Part shown: piece after piece, positions 35,901 through 48,840 of the stretch | How positions within the stretch are numbered: the stretch's first letter is position 1 | How the letters are laid out: every line of letters starts with the position of its first letter | Origin: Balanoglossus misakiensis | Lineage: Eukaryota; Animalia; Hemichordata | Reading direction: 5' to 3' | DNA: 64,000 nt | NCBI GenBank assembly: GCA_040954595.2 | Contig: CM082581.2 | Location: 13,465,921-13,529,920, forward strand | Program-made: the position numbers and the translations under genes | Notes under the pieces: model-generated | What the model was told of the DNA's origin: nothing | Database searches by the model: none | What the model saw: the letters and a program-made list of their open reading frames with translations, nothing else

Positions 35901-38900
35901 TCATGTTGATAGTACATCTGAGGAAGATGCTGATGGGACTTCAATTTGTAACTCAGTGAGAATGTTATTCAAGTACAAAAAATAATCATACTAAAACCTT
36001 TTTTCACGGTTGTAATATGAGTTTGGATATAATCTGAAATGTCAGTGGTCGATATTAGTGGGACTTTGATCAACTCCAGGCCTCCCCTGGGGAAAAGGCA
36101 ATTTCGACGTCCTCCCAGCAAGTGATTGTAAGGTTGTGCCGGTTAGAAAACGGTGACCTTTTGATGTTTCATTTAACCTGTCGCAGGGTACAGTGTCAAG
36201 GTGCATGTGTACCACATCCGAAGAAAGTGCAAACTTTTATTCATCCTGTACCCTCAATGTTAATAGCTGTACTTTGTAAACTATTGTAAGATATTTGAAT
36301 ACTGTTATTGACATAGCCAATGGAACAGAACTCGTACTTACAAATCTGCCTGCTTTAGGCAAATACCGTGCAAACTGAGCATGCTCTAATACAAGGGAGG
36401 CGTTTCATCCTTACACTTTAATTAAGGTGCCTCTCGCACAGTCTTGCCAAAACGTTAAACACCTTTGTCAGTGTTGATGGAAATATGTGGGAACATATTA
36501 TTACTTTCTGCGACATATTTGTGTCTCACACTGTTCTTTTTGTTGTGGGTATCTGTAGCGTGTTCACAAATTTCCATTCACGAACACCATTAGCCTTTGG
36601 AGGTATATGAAAGACCAGGATCCCCAACGAGTTGCAACATCATTCTTTCATTACGCGGAGGAAATTGGGCCATTTAACTCGACAGGCACACAATGTTCTC
36701 TCTTGCTGGATGAGACGACAAGAAAAATGTCAAACTGTTCGACCACACGATTAAAGGGCACTCTTTCTGCACGACGTCGTCGGAATTATCATTACGGGGG
36801 AGGTCAATTATGAGCTCAGTTTGTTCAGTTCGTATTCCGAAATGAATCAACCAAACTAATTCAAAGTGAACGGGTGACAGAATGTATTAAAAGGCAAAGT
36901 TTTATTCTAGTGGCACAGTTTCAGTGTGTACTATTCGGAATTACATTTTGCTGATCTTTGCTTGACAGTAAAAATAGTTTTCCAGCAGAAATGTGGCCAT
37001 GCCGTTTAAGGAATCGTAGTGCCACCGCTCATTGATACACCACAAATTTGATCACGACAGAATGTTTGTTCTTTACCGTGAGATTACTCCGCTACTTTGT
37101 CATCTGGAATGAGGAACATTTGTTCCCTCGTGTCATCAAACAGTAGTCCCGAACCACAGCGATAGCAATGTTTCTATTAATAGCTACAAGAACTACGGAT
37201 ACTTTCAACCAGATGAGCTCAGTCAACAGTCGATGCTCTGAACAAATATGAAGTATTTACCGCGAGAGAAAAAAACTAACGACCCGCAGAGGGAAGACCT
37301 TTTTGTCATTTCTTTGTAATAAAACAACACAGGTGAAGTTTTATTAGAAACCGTTTCTTGATATCGGCGGGTTGTGCTTGAACCTGTCAAAACATCTGTC
37401 AACCGCTACCTTGTACATCATCGATTCTGTTGCGACTTCTAGCGTTATTCTATGGCGTTGTTCTTCCCTATCTTCGTAATTTGACGGTATGAATTTGTAG
37501 GTTTCTGTATGTGTGTTATCGGATACAGCATGGTGTACCAGAGAGTCGGCAACATCTTCGTTCCGGCGATTAATTGTTTGTTTTCAAGTTAATTGTGCGT
37601 TTAATGACACAGTTGGGACTGAGTAAATAGTCTTTAACTTTGATTACGAATGGAGTCAAATCGTTGCATGGGTAATAGGTTTTCCTTAGGTGCATGCAAC
37701 GGTCACTCGCCGAACGCATCTGAACATTCAGGTTTCGGTGAGATATATTTAGCTTTGACCCTCGTAAATGAGTTTTTCACTAACTAGGATACCAAGTCAC
37801 GGTTATACCATTAGCACTGATTCAAGTCAAATCTTCGGCTCAGCACAACATCCCCGTGCCCTGTTCTTGATGATATCTCGGAAGGAATTCATTCGCCATC
37901 CGTAAATACATGCTCAGAATAATTATCAAGCCCATCCAGTGTTAGCTAGCTTAATCTAGTATCATTTACAGAGTAAAAATTGGGTTGACATTGAGCACAT
38001 GTGTGTCAGTGACGTAAAGCAGAGCATATGTCGTGTTTTTTTCGCTTTTGGTCACTCACACAAGCAAAAGCTAAAAAAACACGAAAGCTAGCTTATAGGC
38101 TAGGCAACAGCGATGTAATGAGTAACAATAATTGACTTTTCTCTTTGATCTATAGTGCAAATATACAGAAACCAACTCAAAAAAGTCGAGATCACAAAGA
38201 GCATGCCCAATAGTAAACTAATAAATAAAAAGTTAATACCGTAACGTCATTGGTTTCACGTCTTTCTCGTTAAATCTCGGACACAGCCTTTCGCGTCTCT
38301 GTTTTATCGCTTCTTGTTTCGTCGAGAAGCGATGTCGATAGCCAGATGTAATTATATCATTCGACAGAAATTTTCGCTTACGACACCCAAGAGAATAGGA
38401 GGCACTTTAATGGCATTGAGCGACATTTTATGAATTCTTACACACATCCCCTGGTTTAGTTTTTGCAGCTTGTGAGTACACACAGACTCTGGGAGCTGTC
38501 GTCAGGTGCGTGAGGGGAATATGTCAGCATATGAACAGTTGCTAATTTTTGCCTAGAGGATGTGGTTGTCGAGGCAACAGAGTCCTTGTAGATTTACAAA
38601 ATGGCGTGACGGTCGCGTTATTGAACCCCTGAGAGAAAGAATCATCTTAGAGGCTACATTCTCAAATGCTCGACACTTTGTGTATCGACCAGTGTGTCCT
38701 ATTAGTCATACATTTCAAATCCGCCAGAAGAATCCGCGCTCACAAATCGCCAAGACAGCACTTGAGGGAAGTGGCCGAATGTGACTTTAATTTTCACGTA
38801 AATACATGCCCGCAGCATTGATGGCATTCAGGACGAGCCCGTATCTACACGCACTACGAGCGCATGGAATGTGTCTCTTCGCAAGGGATAGTAACATTGG

Positions 38901-41900
38901 CAAAATGCTAGAAAGAATCAGAAGAAATGTGAAAACATTTATCAAAACCACGCTTCAAATTCAAGCTTGAGGGAAGCGCCCCAGGGGTACACAAAGCAGA
39001 TGCAGTAGAAGCCCGGCACTTGAATCGATCGAGTGTCCAGGTTCCACGCTATAGGCCGCTGTAATCGCCAAAAATACAATTTAATAATTTTAATTGGGTG
39101 TAAGCTTCAGCCATCTGCCGACACCGGGCAAGTCAATCAAAATGGCGTCGAGTTGCATGACACTGCCGGTCCGCACAATAGCCAGCACACTTCGCGAGAA
39201 AAACTGCTCATTTATTTCATTTTTCAGTCACGCGGCGTTGTCATTCACTCTGTCGCTCACTTTTTCCGGCTGCATTTAAACTAATGTTTGACAGAGATGG
39301 AATACACTTAAAACACAAACACACACACACGCCCAGTTTTTGAATGCGCAGATTGAATACGTTGTGCTACGAGTATGCAGTAATCAGCGGGGAGCCTACA
39401 AAATTGCCTTTTCAAATCAAATTCTCTGACATTTGGTAATTACCACTTTTTGTTGTTTGAAAAGCTTGTTTGGCGCAGGTGAACACGATACAAAATTTTG
39501 TCGTTTCGTCGCTGAGTCAATCATGTACATGTACATACATGCACTGAACAGCTCAAAGTCTGAACCTCTGCAGGTTTTCATTAAGAAGGGGTTCGTCATC
39601 ATTTTTGTAAAATATGTACCTTCTGCCGTGCGTTGAATTTCTCTCTATCAATCACTATGAAGAACGACCACTCAATACCGAAGAAAGTACGGATTTGATG
39701 GGGGAAAGATGGTATTGTACAATGGTGACTGGAAGTCTATGTATTCAGTTGCCATAATTGAATAAAAAAAAGCTTCGTATCGGCGTGCGTCATAGCAGGC
39801 AACAGCACTGTTAATCTGGAGCTCATCTTGAGAGAAATTTAACAGGAAGCGCGCTGAGATGAATATTTATGGCAGCACCCCAAGTTCAAAGCAGTCCTTT
39901 CTGACCAATTATCCTTCATTAACCCAGTCCCAGTGATAGGTCAGTCCAAGTGTAGAATACAGTGAGTTGTGCGTGTATACATGTAGATAATCGAGAAAAA
40001 CAAGTGCCCCATGCCGGACATTGTCAGACAGAATCGACGCGTGAATGCAAAGGTCCAGGCAGTCTAGCTAACCACGATTTAATACCCTCGACACTGCTTG
40101 TTTCATGCTACAGTATCTAGACACACAGTTGTGGAAAACAATAGTAAACAGACTGTATCCAAAATGATTGTATTAAAATAAGAATAAAGAGAAACCAGGC
40201 AGACATCGCACTGACTCACGCCGTTGCCAGGGAACCAGAAAACTCCACCAACTTCATCTCGGGACATGCCCCCATATGGATGTCTGTATTATTCCAGTTG
40301 CACATAACTTTTACAGTATAAACTTGTCAAAGCGACAAATGTACCCCACTCAGGAAGTGGTCGAACCTATCTTATGCTTCGGGTAAATTTACCACTGAGA
40401 TTTTAAAGTGCGTCGACTCACCCCCTTTCAAGCAGCAGACTGATAAAATTCTTGTGAACATGCATAATTAATGATAAATGTTCAGCAGCTGGGGGTTTGA
40501 ATCTGAGTATTTTCCCGAGTATACATTATAGATTAGCAGAAACGTGACAGATTGCACCTGAGCGCAGTCATCGGTCACTTGCACGTCACTTAGTTCATTA
40601 GAGTGCAACGTCATCCGTAAATGACTTCATTAAAACACGATAGTCATGGGTTACCTTGGAAACACATTGGTACGGGCAATGCAAAAACAATCATATATAG
40701 TCTGTAAATCGTCGAGGCCAGTTGTTTCAAAAGCAGAGTAATTCCTTTATGGGGAACCTGGAAGTTCGACTTCTCTGTGCTGATAGTTTTAATGGTACGC
40801 AAAATAGAACGATTACCATTTGGAGCGCATACTAAGCGTGTCGGCGGATATGTCCGGTATTCAATCAATAACGACAGTTCCCTTGACAGGAAGTAACTGT
40901 TACGTCACAGACTTTTGTATGGATGGGACTCGGCAGTTATTTGTTTGTGGAACGCAGGTAGTGTTAACACACAACTGCACTGAGAACGAAACAAGCTTGG
41001 CCCCATTTCTCTACAACTGCCAGAGCAAATAGTGTTTGAACATTCGAGAAGTAAACATAAAACAAGTTGCATTACAGGCAGGATTTTAGGTTTCTGTATT
41101 TATCATTTCTAATTTTGTCTTTTTCACGTGTTTATTGAAATTATAACTAAATGCTGTAAGAGAATAGTTTTGGAAAACAGTCTCTGATTAATTATGAGAC
41201 CGTTATTAAACTGCCTTACTTCTGATTAATACACACAATGGCAAAATGAGTTCTTTCAATATCTCAAATAAGCGTTAACTTGATTGCTTTCAGTGCATTT
41301 TGATAACTTGACGGCAATCTTGTATGACATATGCCCCTTCCACTTCGATTCCATTGATGTTATAAATTTAACTACCGAGAGGACATCATTTAGTGCGTAA
41401 TGGAAATGCATAAATATAGAAACAATTTCTAACAAGGTTAGGATATTCTATATCACGATAGGTGCAGTGCAAGTATGGAATTTGCTGTCAGTGACTGGAG
41501 GGTTCTTTTCGCTGTTCGTAAATATTATAGAGCCGTAGTTCCGAAGGGTAAACAGGATCATGTAATTCATCACTATAAATCTGGCGATTTCGACAGCTCC
41601 TCGTAAATTTTGCTATCTATTTTGTTTTTTTTGTGGAACGTCAGTAATCTGGACATCTAGGCTATTGTACAGTCTGGTGATGTGAAGGAGATAAGCCCAT
41701 TATACAAATCTCACGCTCGATTGTAGCTTTATATGTCTGGGCGCTAAACATGCAACAGAATACTAAACGCATGCTGGAGGGGTTAATTGTTTCAAAATAA
41801 CTGGCAGCCATATTGCGGCAAGAGACAAATTGGTGCATCGGTTATTATTTGATTTTTTACCATAAATAATAGTAGAGTCAAAGCGGTTTGCACGGCAGAC

Positions 41901-44020
41901 ATATCGCACTCTAATTATCAAGTCATACATCATCAATATCAGATGGCTATTAGATACATCTAGGTGGCAGGAATCAAGAACGTGGTATCAATATCAAATC
42001 TATCAAGTAGCTATCGCGGAAACTGCAGTCCGTTTACGCCGAAACGACTGAGACAGTAACCATGGAAACGTTGTAACAGAAGTGGCCATCGCAGGAATGG
42101 CTAACAAAATATGGTAATTGCGCACTCGACTAGACTCGCGTCGAGGAAACGACACATGCATACGACTTGTTAGACTTTTCAATTCGACGTTGCAGAATAG
42201 ATGTTAAACTATACGGATGAAAAACTTCTCTCGTTTTTAACATGCAGTGAAGATACTGCAGATGAACAATTAGATCTAGATCTACATTTGCGTTGAACAA
42301 TATGTGCAAGACAGAGGCACAGACAGACAGACAGGCATTAACGCTGAGACTTGCTTACATGTATTGAAAGTGCACAAATAGGCAAATTAGAAATGAAACT
42401 TTAATCTCGATAAAGATCCTTTGAAAAAGTACTCCGACTCTGTACATGTATGGAATTTCATTCCACTCAATGTTCGGGAGCATTTCTTTTATGCAATCAC
42501 CCTTGGATGTCGGCTACGGTTATTTATTTACCTTTGAAATCTGCATAACGAGGGTCACTGAGGTCACTGCAGATTTGAATCCATCTAATTAGTCAGTCTG
42601 GTAGAGGGCGTGGCGATGTTTTTTTCTGAATTGTACCTAAATGCTTGGTTGTTGAACACGGTTCACATAGCAATTTGTTACCTAGCAATACACATATACA
42701 TCTCATTTTTGTCGGAGGTAATGTCAATATTGAATGATAAATGGTCGGACTCGACTGACGATGAAATTCTCAATCTGAAGTAAAATGCGCACAGTTTCCG
42801 AGTCACCTGAATAACTTCCATTACGTTTTGTTCTAGTTCATGCGTAAACAGTAATAAAATTACGATTACACGCTTTGAATTTAATTAAATTATAAGAACA
42901 TTTTTTACATTTGTCGTTATAAATCTTATCCTGTTGGTTTTTTTGTCATTTGTCGATTTTTTTATATACTGTAGTATAAACACAAGTCTGATTGGTCACT
43001 GTGGGACTTTCAAGCAACTATAAAAAGATAAGGCACAGTTGAGACCATGAGAGAAGAGGTTATTATATCACTGGAAAACGACAGCGCGGTTGCCAGCGAT
43101 TGTTTTGCTCGACATCGTACGCCATGGCTACTGTGATTTTAAAGCTTTACAAAAACATTGCACAATAGCGATGTAATATGATAAGCGGTTACATTAATAT
43201 TGCACATGCGCTTATTATCAGAAGCGAGACACTAGTCGATCGGACGAGCCTGTCCGTGCATGCTCGTAGCAGGCACCTTCAATCGATGTTGAAAACGAAA
43301 CGCGCCAGAAATGAGTATGTGACTTCAGTTCTGAATGAGCGGCAAATTGCATATTTTTCCCCCATTCGCGGAATTCTGTCGCGAGCAGAGGTCAAAAGGT
43401 CCCTGGTTAACATGTGGGGAAATTGCCTTTATGCAATATTCACCAGTGCGAAACTGTACATATGGAGCACGCAGTGTTCACACCAAGATAATATATTCAT
43501 CCGAGGAATTACGTTCTACTGGTTCACGCTGGCGCTTGTGGGGTGTAACAGTAATATCCTAGCTGGATAAAAGTTGAATCGGTAGTGTGCTTACATTATT
43601 CACGACGGAACCCTTGAATTGTATTCCGCGTACGAAATAACGTATTCCCTCGCGAGATTCTCGGCGAAAGGCGCACTTTTCCCAGTGAGGTTCTCCAGTT
43701 GGCAGTGGGAAAGGATGAATGGACAGGGTGTAGCTATAGACACATGTGTGTTTAACATTCTCGGCATACAGCGCATTGCGGAAGTGTGTGACATGACTAG
43801 TCATGGAATCTCTTTAAAAATATAATTCTGCCGTGTGTGTTGTGTGGCGTGAAGCGGTCCTGGGAAAATCTAATTATTACATTTGTAGCCGACACCGCGT
43901 GAAAAGGTGTGTACAGCCGCTCTGAACCGTTGCGACGTGGCAACATTTGGATGACGGCTGTGTCAAGTTTTGTGCGAGAGAAGTAATTGGTTTTTCATTA
44001 TAGCAAGTCGGTCGGGAAGC

Positions 44021-45115
44021 ATGTCCGCGGACGTTGACGGTGACCTGAAAATCAATCTGTGGAAAAACAAAAGCCTCTTGCCAGGGAGGGAAGCCAACTA
44101 CAGCTGGAATCTGTCGGCCGAGGACAGCGCCCTGAATGAAGCCTCCGGCCGTCCAACCATCCTCATCGTCATCATCGGAATCATAATTGTGGCGATAACC
44201 CTGGCAACGATCCTCGGCAACGTGCTGGTGTGTCTGGCGGCGGTGGTGAATCGCAAGCTGCGGACGGTAACCAATTTTTTCGTCGTCTCTCTGGCCGTGG
44301 CGGATATGCTCGTCGGACTCCTGGTGTTGCCATTCTCGGCGACCTACGAAATCAGCCGCGAGTGGCCGTTCGGAGTCATCCTCTGCAATATCTGGATCTC
44401 CATGGATGTGCTACTTTGTACTGTGTCTATTCTGAACTTGTTCGCCATTAGCCTCGATCGCTACATAGCGATTACCCGACCCATGAGATACGATGCAATT
44501 ATGACTACAAGCAAAGCGTCGATCGCACTTGTCTTAATCTGGAGCGTTTCTTTCCTGGTGTCGTTTCTGCCAATTCACATGGGTTGGAATACCTTGGACG
44601 GTCGGATCCAAAATGTTGACGAGCCACGGACCTGTAACTTCGACGTTAGCAGCAGCACGTACGTCCTAATCGACGGTCTGGGAACTTTCTTCATACCGCT
44701 CTTCGTCATGTTATTCACTTACTTTCGCATATTCCGCATCGCCCGGGAGCAAGCGAAGAGAATCAGCAACTTGCCCAAACTGTGCAACGCCAAGCACACC
44801 TCTCGTGTGAATAACGTGGACGAACACAAGGCAACCAAGACACTGGCCGTTGTGTTGGGCGCCTTCACTGTGTGCTGGGTCCCCTACTTCACGTTGTTCA
44901 CACTGAGACCCTTCATCTATGACAGGGACCACGACGTGAACTACGATCTCTACTCGGTCTTTCTGTGGATGGGGTATTTCAACAGCACGCTCAACCCCAC
45001 CGTGTACACCGTTCTGAACCACGAATTTCGCAAAGCGTTCAAAGATATTCTTTGCCGGTGCGGCGCCTGCGGGGCCAAGGCAGATTCCAACAACAGTTAC
45101 GTCAGCGACTGTTAG
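44021..45115 (+). CDS. HRH2: Histamine H2 receptor-like aminergic class A GPCR, single coding exon, 364 aa
   Basis: Seven TM segments with GN (TM1), LAVAD (TM2), D3.32 (MDVLLC), SLDRY, CWVPYF and NPTVY. H2-specific stretches match human HRH2 as recalled: LLVLPFSAxY, SFLxIHxGWN, YxLxDGLxTF (TM5 Asp and Thr), RIFxxARxQAKRI and EHKATxTLA. A splice acceptor (tttttcattatag|) at 44003 precedes the ATG at 44021. N-terminal sequons NKS, NYS and NLS are present. Confidence 0.93.
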   Translation: MSADVDGDLKINLWKNKSLLPGREANYSWNLSAEDSALNEASGRPTILIVIIGIIIVAITLATILGNVLVCLAAVVNRKLRTVTNFFVVSLAVADMLVGLLVLPFSATYEISREWPFGVILCNIWISMDVLLCTVSILNLFAISLDRYIAITRPMRYDAIMTTSKASIALVLIWSVSFLVSFLPIHMGWNTLDGRIQNVDEPRTCNFDVSSSTYVLIDGLGTFFIPLFVMLFTYFRIFRIAREQAKRISNLPKLCNAKHTSRVNNVDEHKATKTLAVVLGAFTVCWVPYFTLFTLRPFIYDRDHDVNYDLYSVFLWMGYFNSTLNPTVYTVLNHEFRKAFKDILCRCGACGAKADSNNSYVSDC

Positions 45116-47652
45116 CCTCCCGTCCAGGACCCACAGTCCATCTGTCTCTTTGTGTTCACTCAGGATAAACTTACATCATCACAGACATTGAAAGGACGTA
45201 TCCAGTCTGTATATCTTTACCGACACATTCTTCCCGCATATTCAAAATCCGGACGTCTGATCTGTTTTCAGTCCATTCCTAACAAACAGTAGAAGCATTC
45301 CTAAATCATGATTTTTCTTTCTAAAGCTGGTGTAAATGTCAGGAAATGTCATATCTGATTACAGAGCCACGATCACAATTACTCATCCATATAACTTTTT
45401 TACTTTCGCCCACGTTTAAGCGGACGCGCCACCAGATTGAAAACGACCGACCAAACATCGAGCTGCGCAGATATTTATCGTGCACAACCTGTTAATTTGC
45501 TGCAGTGGCACAATGGTATTTGCTCAACATGATTTCAGCATCTGGGGCTCGATAACCGCGTTAAGTGCAACCACTCACTCTGCCAATGGCTTCATATCGC
45601 TCGCACCAATTTCGCGTATTAGTGATCTATCTGTTGCGGCGGCTGTTATGACAGCCACCCTTCAGGTACATTTCGGATAAAATGCACCGAACTCACCAGC
45701 GGGTAGTCTCGGCCTCAATTTAGTCAAACAAGACCTGGAATGGAGTGTAATGGAAAAAAATGATGAAGCTCGAGCTTTCAAAACATCTCCCCGATAACAT
45801 GAATATCAGGCCTTTATTTTAAACTTACATGCTGCGTTTTTACCAATATTGTCACATTTTATCAACCTTTTGTGAGACCAACTTAAAAAGACGATTTATG
45901 AAATTTTAGCCTATTAAAGCTGTGCAAGCTCACAAAGCAACAAGCATTCAATTAATTGGTAGAATTTCTCCTATCAGATATATTTGAGATAGTGATAGAC
46001 TTGCTAAGTTATGTCAATACATTTTACTATATATTGCCGGCGATGAGTATGGGATATAATTTTTTTTCAGAATTTGGTCTGAATGTAACACGTGACTTGC
46101 CGCGCTAAATATCAGTTAATGGGCTTTGACTCGCTTCCTCGTTTGTGTAGTACCATTTATGTCGATTTACTGGAGAAAAGAAGCGAGGGGCACTCGACCG
46201 TAAACATTTGCTTCGTTTATTAAGACCTTAAAGTCTCTGAGTGGAAAAGTCCATCATTAGATATTCCATGGACGAGTCCACGTCGGCAGGTCGACAGAGT
46301 GGCCAAGATTTAAGTGGTTGATGCGACTATAAAAGAATACGAGTGACTGTACAGAAACCAATAAAAAGTAATCCACTTCATTTGTGGTTCTGCTCTGGTA
46401 TTATAAGATAACTGTTAAGTGATTTTTGTCTTCTACTAGTACTTGCTAGGGGAAATTGGCATGGAACCATGGTGGTTGTCTGACAAACCGGTGTCTTGTC
46501 GGAGAAGAACTACATGTACATGCAGGTGGCCGGGGTGATGTTGCATGCTAGCACAGCCGGCATTTTCCCCGAAGTACGAGAGAGGAAGTGAATAATTACT
46601 GGAGTCTAGCAAGAATCGATTTTGAATATCATCTTAGTCGACGACGGAAATATTGCGTTGTATTCAGTTGCTTATTTTCAATCAGTGTGGCACAGCGTGT
46701 TGACTGCGAGATGCAATTCTGGTTTAATATTCAGGGAATTGCTGTGAAAATTAACCAGTCTGTTTTGATACTGTGTATGATGACTAGAGACAATTGAGAT
46801 GGGGTTCGCTTGCTCACTGTAATTGTACGGTTGCGGCAAATCGAGTTGATTGAATGAAGGCCGACCAAATCAAAGGATTGTGGGGGAATACTAGTCGGGA
46901 TACTATTGCTTACTGACAACTACACAACGAAGTTAAAATACTGACTCATTTGACGAAATTTTCTTCTGTAATTGGGTTTAGGTTATTCCAATTTACAGTG
47001 TTGACGACGTGCTCAATGTGATAACAGAAGAGAATGGGTGAAACAGCGACGCGGAAATCGCACACTCGTCTTCTATTTTCACTCAACTGGTTTGAGCGCT
47101 TGCTTCTTTGATCGCGAGCGCGTTGTCAAGAATGCATCATGATTAAGAATCAAAAATATTCCCTCGGAGTGGAAAAATAACATTTGTACAAATTCCGGTC
47201 ATTAAGAGAAGCGTGCCTCTGCAGACGTGGTTTATTTAAAACCTTTCCGGAAGGAAAATGGGGAAAATGCGGCACCTGAGCATTGCGCTGTGATGTAAGA
47301 TACAGACATTTGATGATCAACCTGAAATAAAATAATTGGTACCAGCCAAACGTTGAGGTTATCGCCGTGTGTCTGACTTGTTAGTATTTTGCCCGCAGAT
47401 ACGCTGTTATCACCGGGGAAGTCAATATTCGCTCGCGGAATAACAAAAATGGCGCGGATGTACAAGTAGTTACGATACAGAAGACGTCAATTTTAAAAGG
47501 GTTTTAACCTTTTTGTGGTATTTTGCGTGTAATGTCTTTGATCAAAAGATTTTACGAAGTACATGTATTTACACTTTCCCTTACTGTGTACCTTGTATAA
47601 ATGCTTTAAATTCTAGTCCCCTACGCGAGATTGTTATCGCCCACCTAGGTAT

Positions 47653-48660
47653 TAGTGCGGTATGGTATGTCATGAAAAACAGCTCCCGTAGGATTTTTGT
47701 GCTAAAATTGATTTTTTTGCTGTTTTGGCTTCTATGGGGACCCAACTACCCGAAAATGATGGGGTGCAATTTTAAGGGCCCCTCCATCATATTTTTCTGG
47801 GGGGGGGGGGTACTTCCGTTTTGTGGTATGATGTGTATTCCCGTTGGATTTTTGTGCTAAAATTGATTTTTTTGCTGTTTTGGCTTCTATGGGGACCCAA
47901 CTACCCAAAAATCATGGGGTGCAATTTTTAGGGCCCCTCCATCATATTTTTCTTGGGGGGGGGGGGTACTTCCGTTTTGTGGTATGATATGTATTCCCGT
48001 AGGATTTTTGTGCTAAAATTGATTGTTTTTGCTGCTTTGGCTTCAATGGGGACCCAACTACCCGAAAATGATGGGGTGCAATTTTTAGGGCCCCATCACT
48101 TTTTTTCTGGGGGGGGGGTACTCCCGTTTTGGCCTCCCCGAAGATATTTATTCACCTATCTACTCCATTTTCGTAGAATTTTCTGCTAAAGAATTGTTTT
48201 GCTGTTTTGACTTAAATGGGCACCCACCTGGTCACAAAAGATCACATGCAAATGGGCCCCTCTATTACATTTGTGGGAGAGGGGCACTTCCATTTCGACA
48301 ATCTTAACGGTATTTATTCACCTATTTCCTGTAATCTCGTAGGAGTTTTTGCTAATAGTTATTTGTTTTGTTTGCTGTTTTGGTTTCAATGATGAATAAA
48401 CACCCCCCAAAAGATGGAAATCAATTTGTTGGACTGCTCCATCACATTTTCTTGCAGGGGGGGGGGGTCACTTTAGTTTTAGCAGCCCTGGAGATATTTG
48501 TTCATTGATCTAACCTTCATAGTGTGACATGTGTATTTGTAAAGGATTTCTTCCAATTTCCTTTTTTTTCAACTTCTATGGGGACCTAACTGCTCAAAAT
48601 GAGGGAGGTCAAATTTTAGGGCCCCTCCCCATTTTGGGAATCTCAAATGGGGAGGGGTAA
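47653..48660 (+). repeat. Left terminal arm: three near-identical units of about 155 bp, then degenerate units of about 165-175 bp
   Basis: TCCCGTWGGATTTTTGTGCTAAAATTG recurs at 47684, 47839 and 47995. Diverged copies lie near 48171 and 48337. Confidence 0.9.
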
Positions 48661-48787
48661 ACATATCAGTTACCTACATTTGTATCAGTTGTCACATATA
48701 CTACAGCGCTGTCTTAGTTTTATAAATATACTTAGTTGAATTATGACACTAACCAATCAACCACAAATATCTCTCTGATTTGGACTA

Positions 48788-48840
48788 ATATACCTCCCCT
48801 CCATGATATATACCTCCCCTCCATAATATACCTCCCCTCA
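48788..48840 (+). repeat. Short tandem triplication (ATATACCTCCCCTC) inside the transposon
   Basis: Three consecutive copies are directly visible. Confidence 0.85.

Noticed and set aside
17400-44000. A neighbouring NG-peptide/neuropeptide-S-type precursor (second neurophysin gene)
   Set aside because: I saw no NGFxxGKR repeats or second Cys-rich neurophysin exon by eye or in the ORF track. A translated search would be needed to exclude it fully.
43970-44020. 17-codon N-terminal extension of the GPCR in the ORF track (TTG start)
   Set aside because: The start is not ATG, and the stretch spans a pyrimidine tract and AG acceptor at 44003. The ATG at 44021 is the plausible start.
44711-45022. 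Antisense ORF inside the GPCR
   Set aside because: An expected by-product of GC3-rich codon usage on the sense strand.
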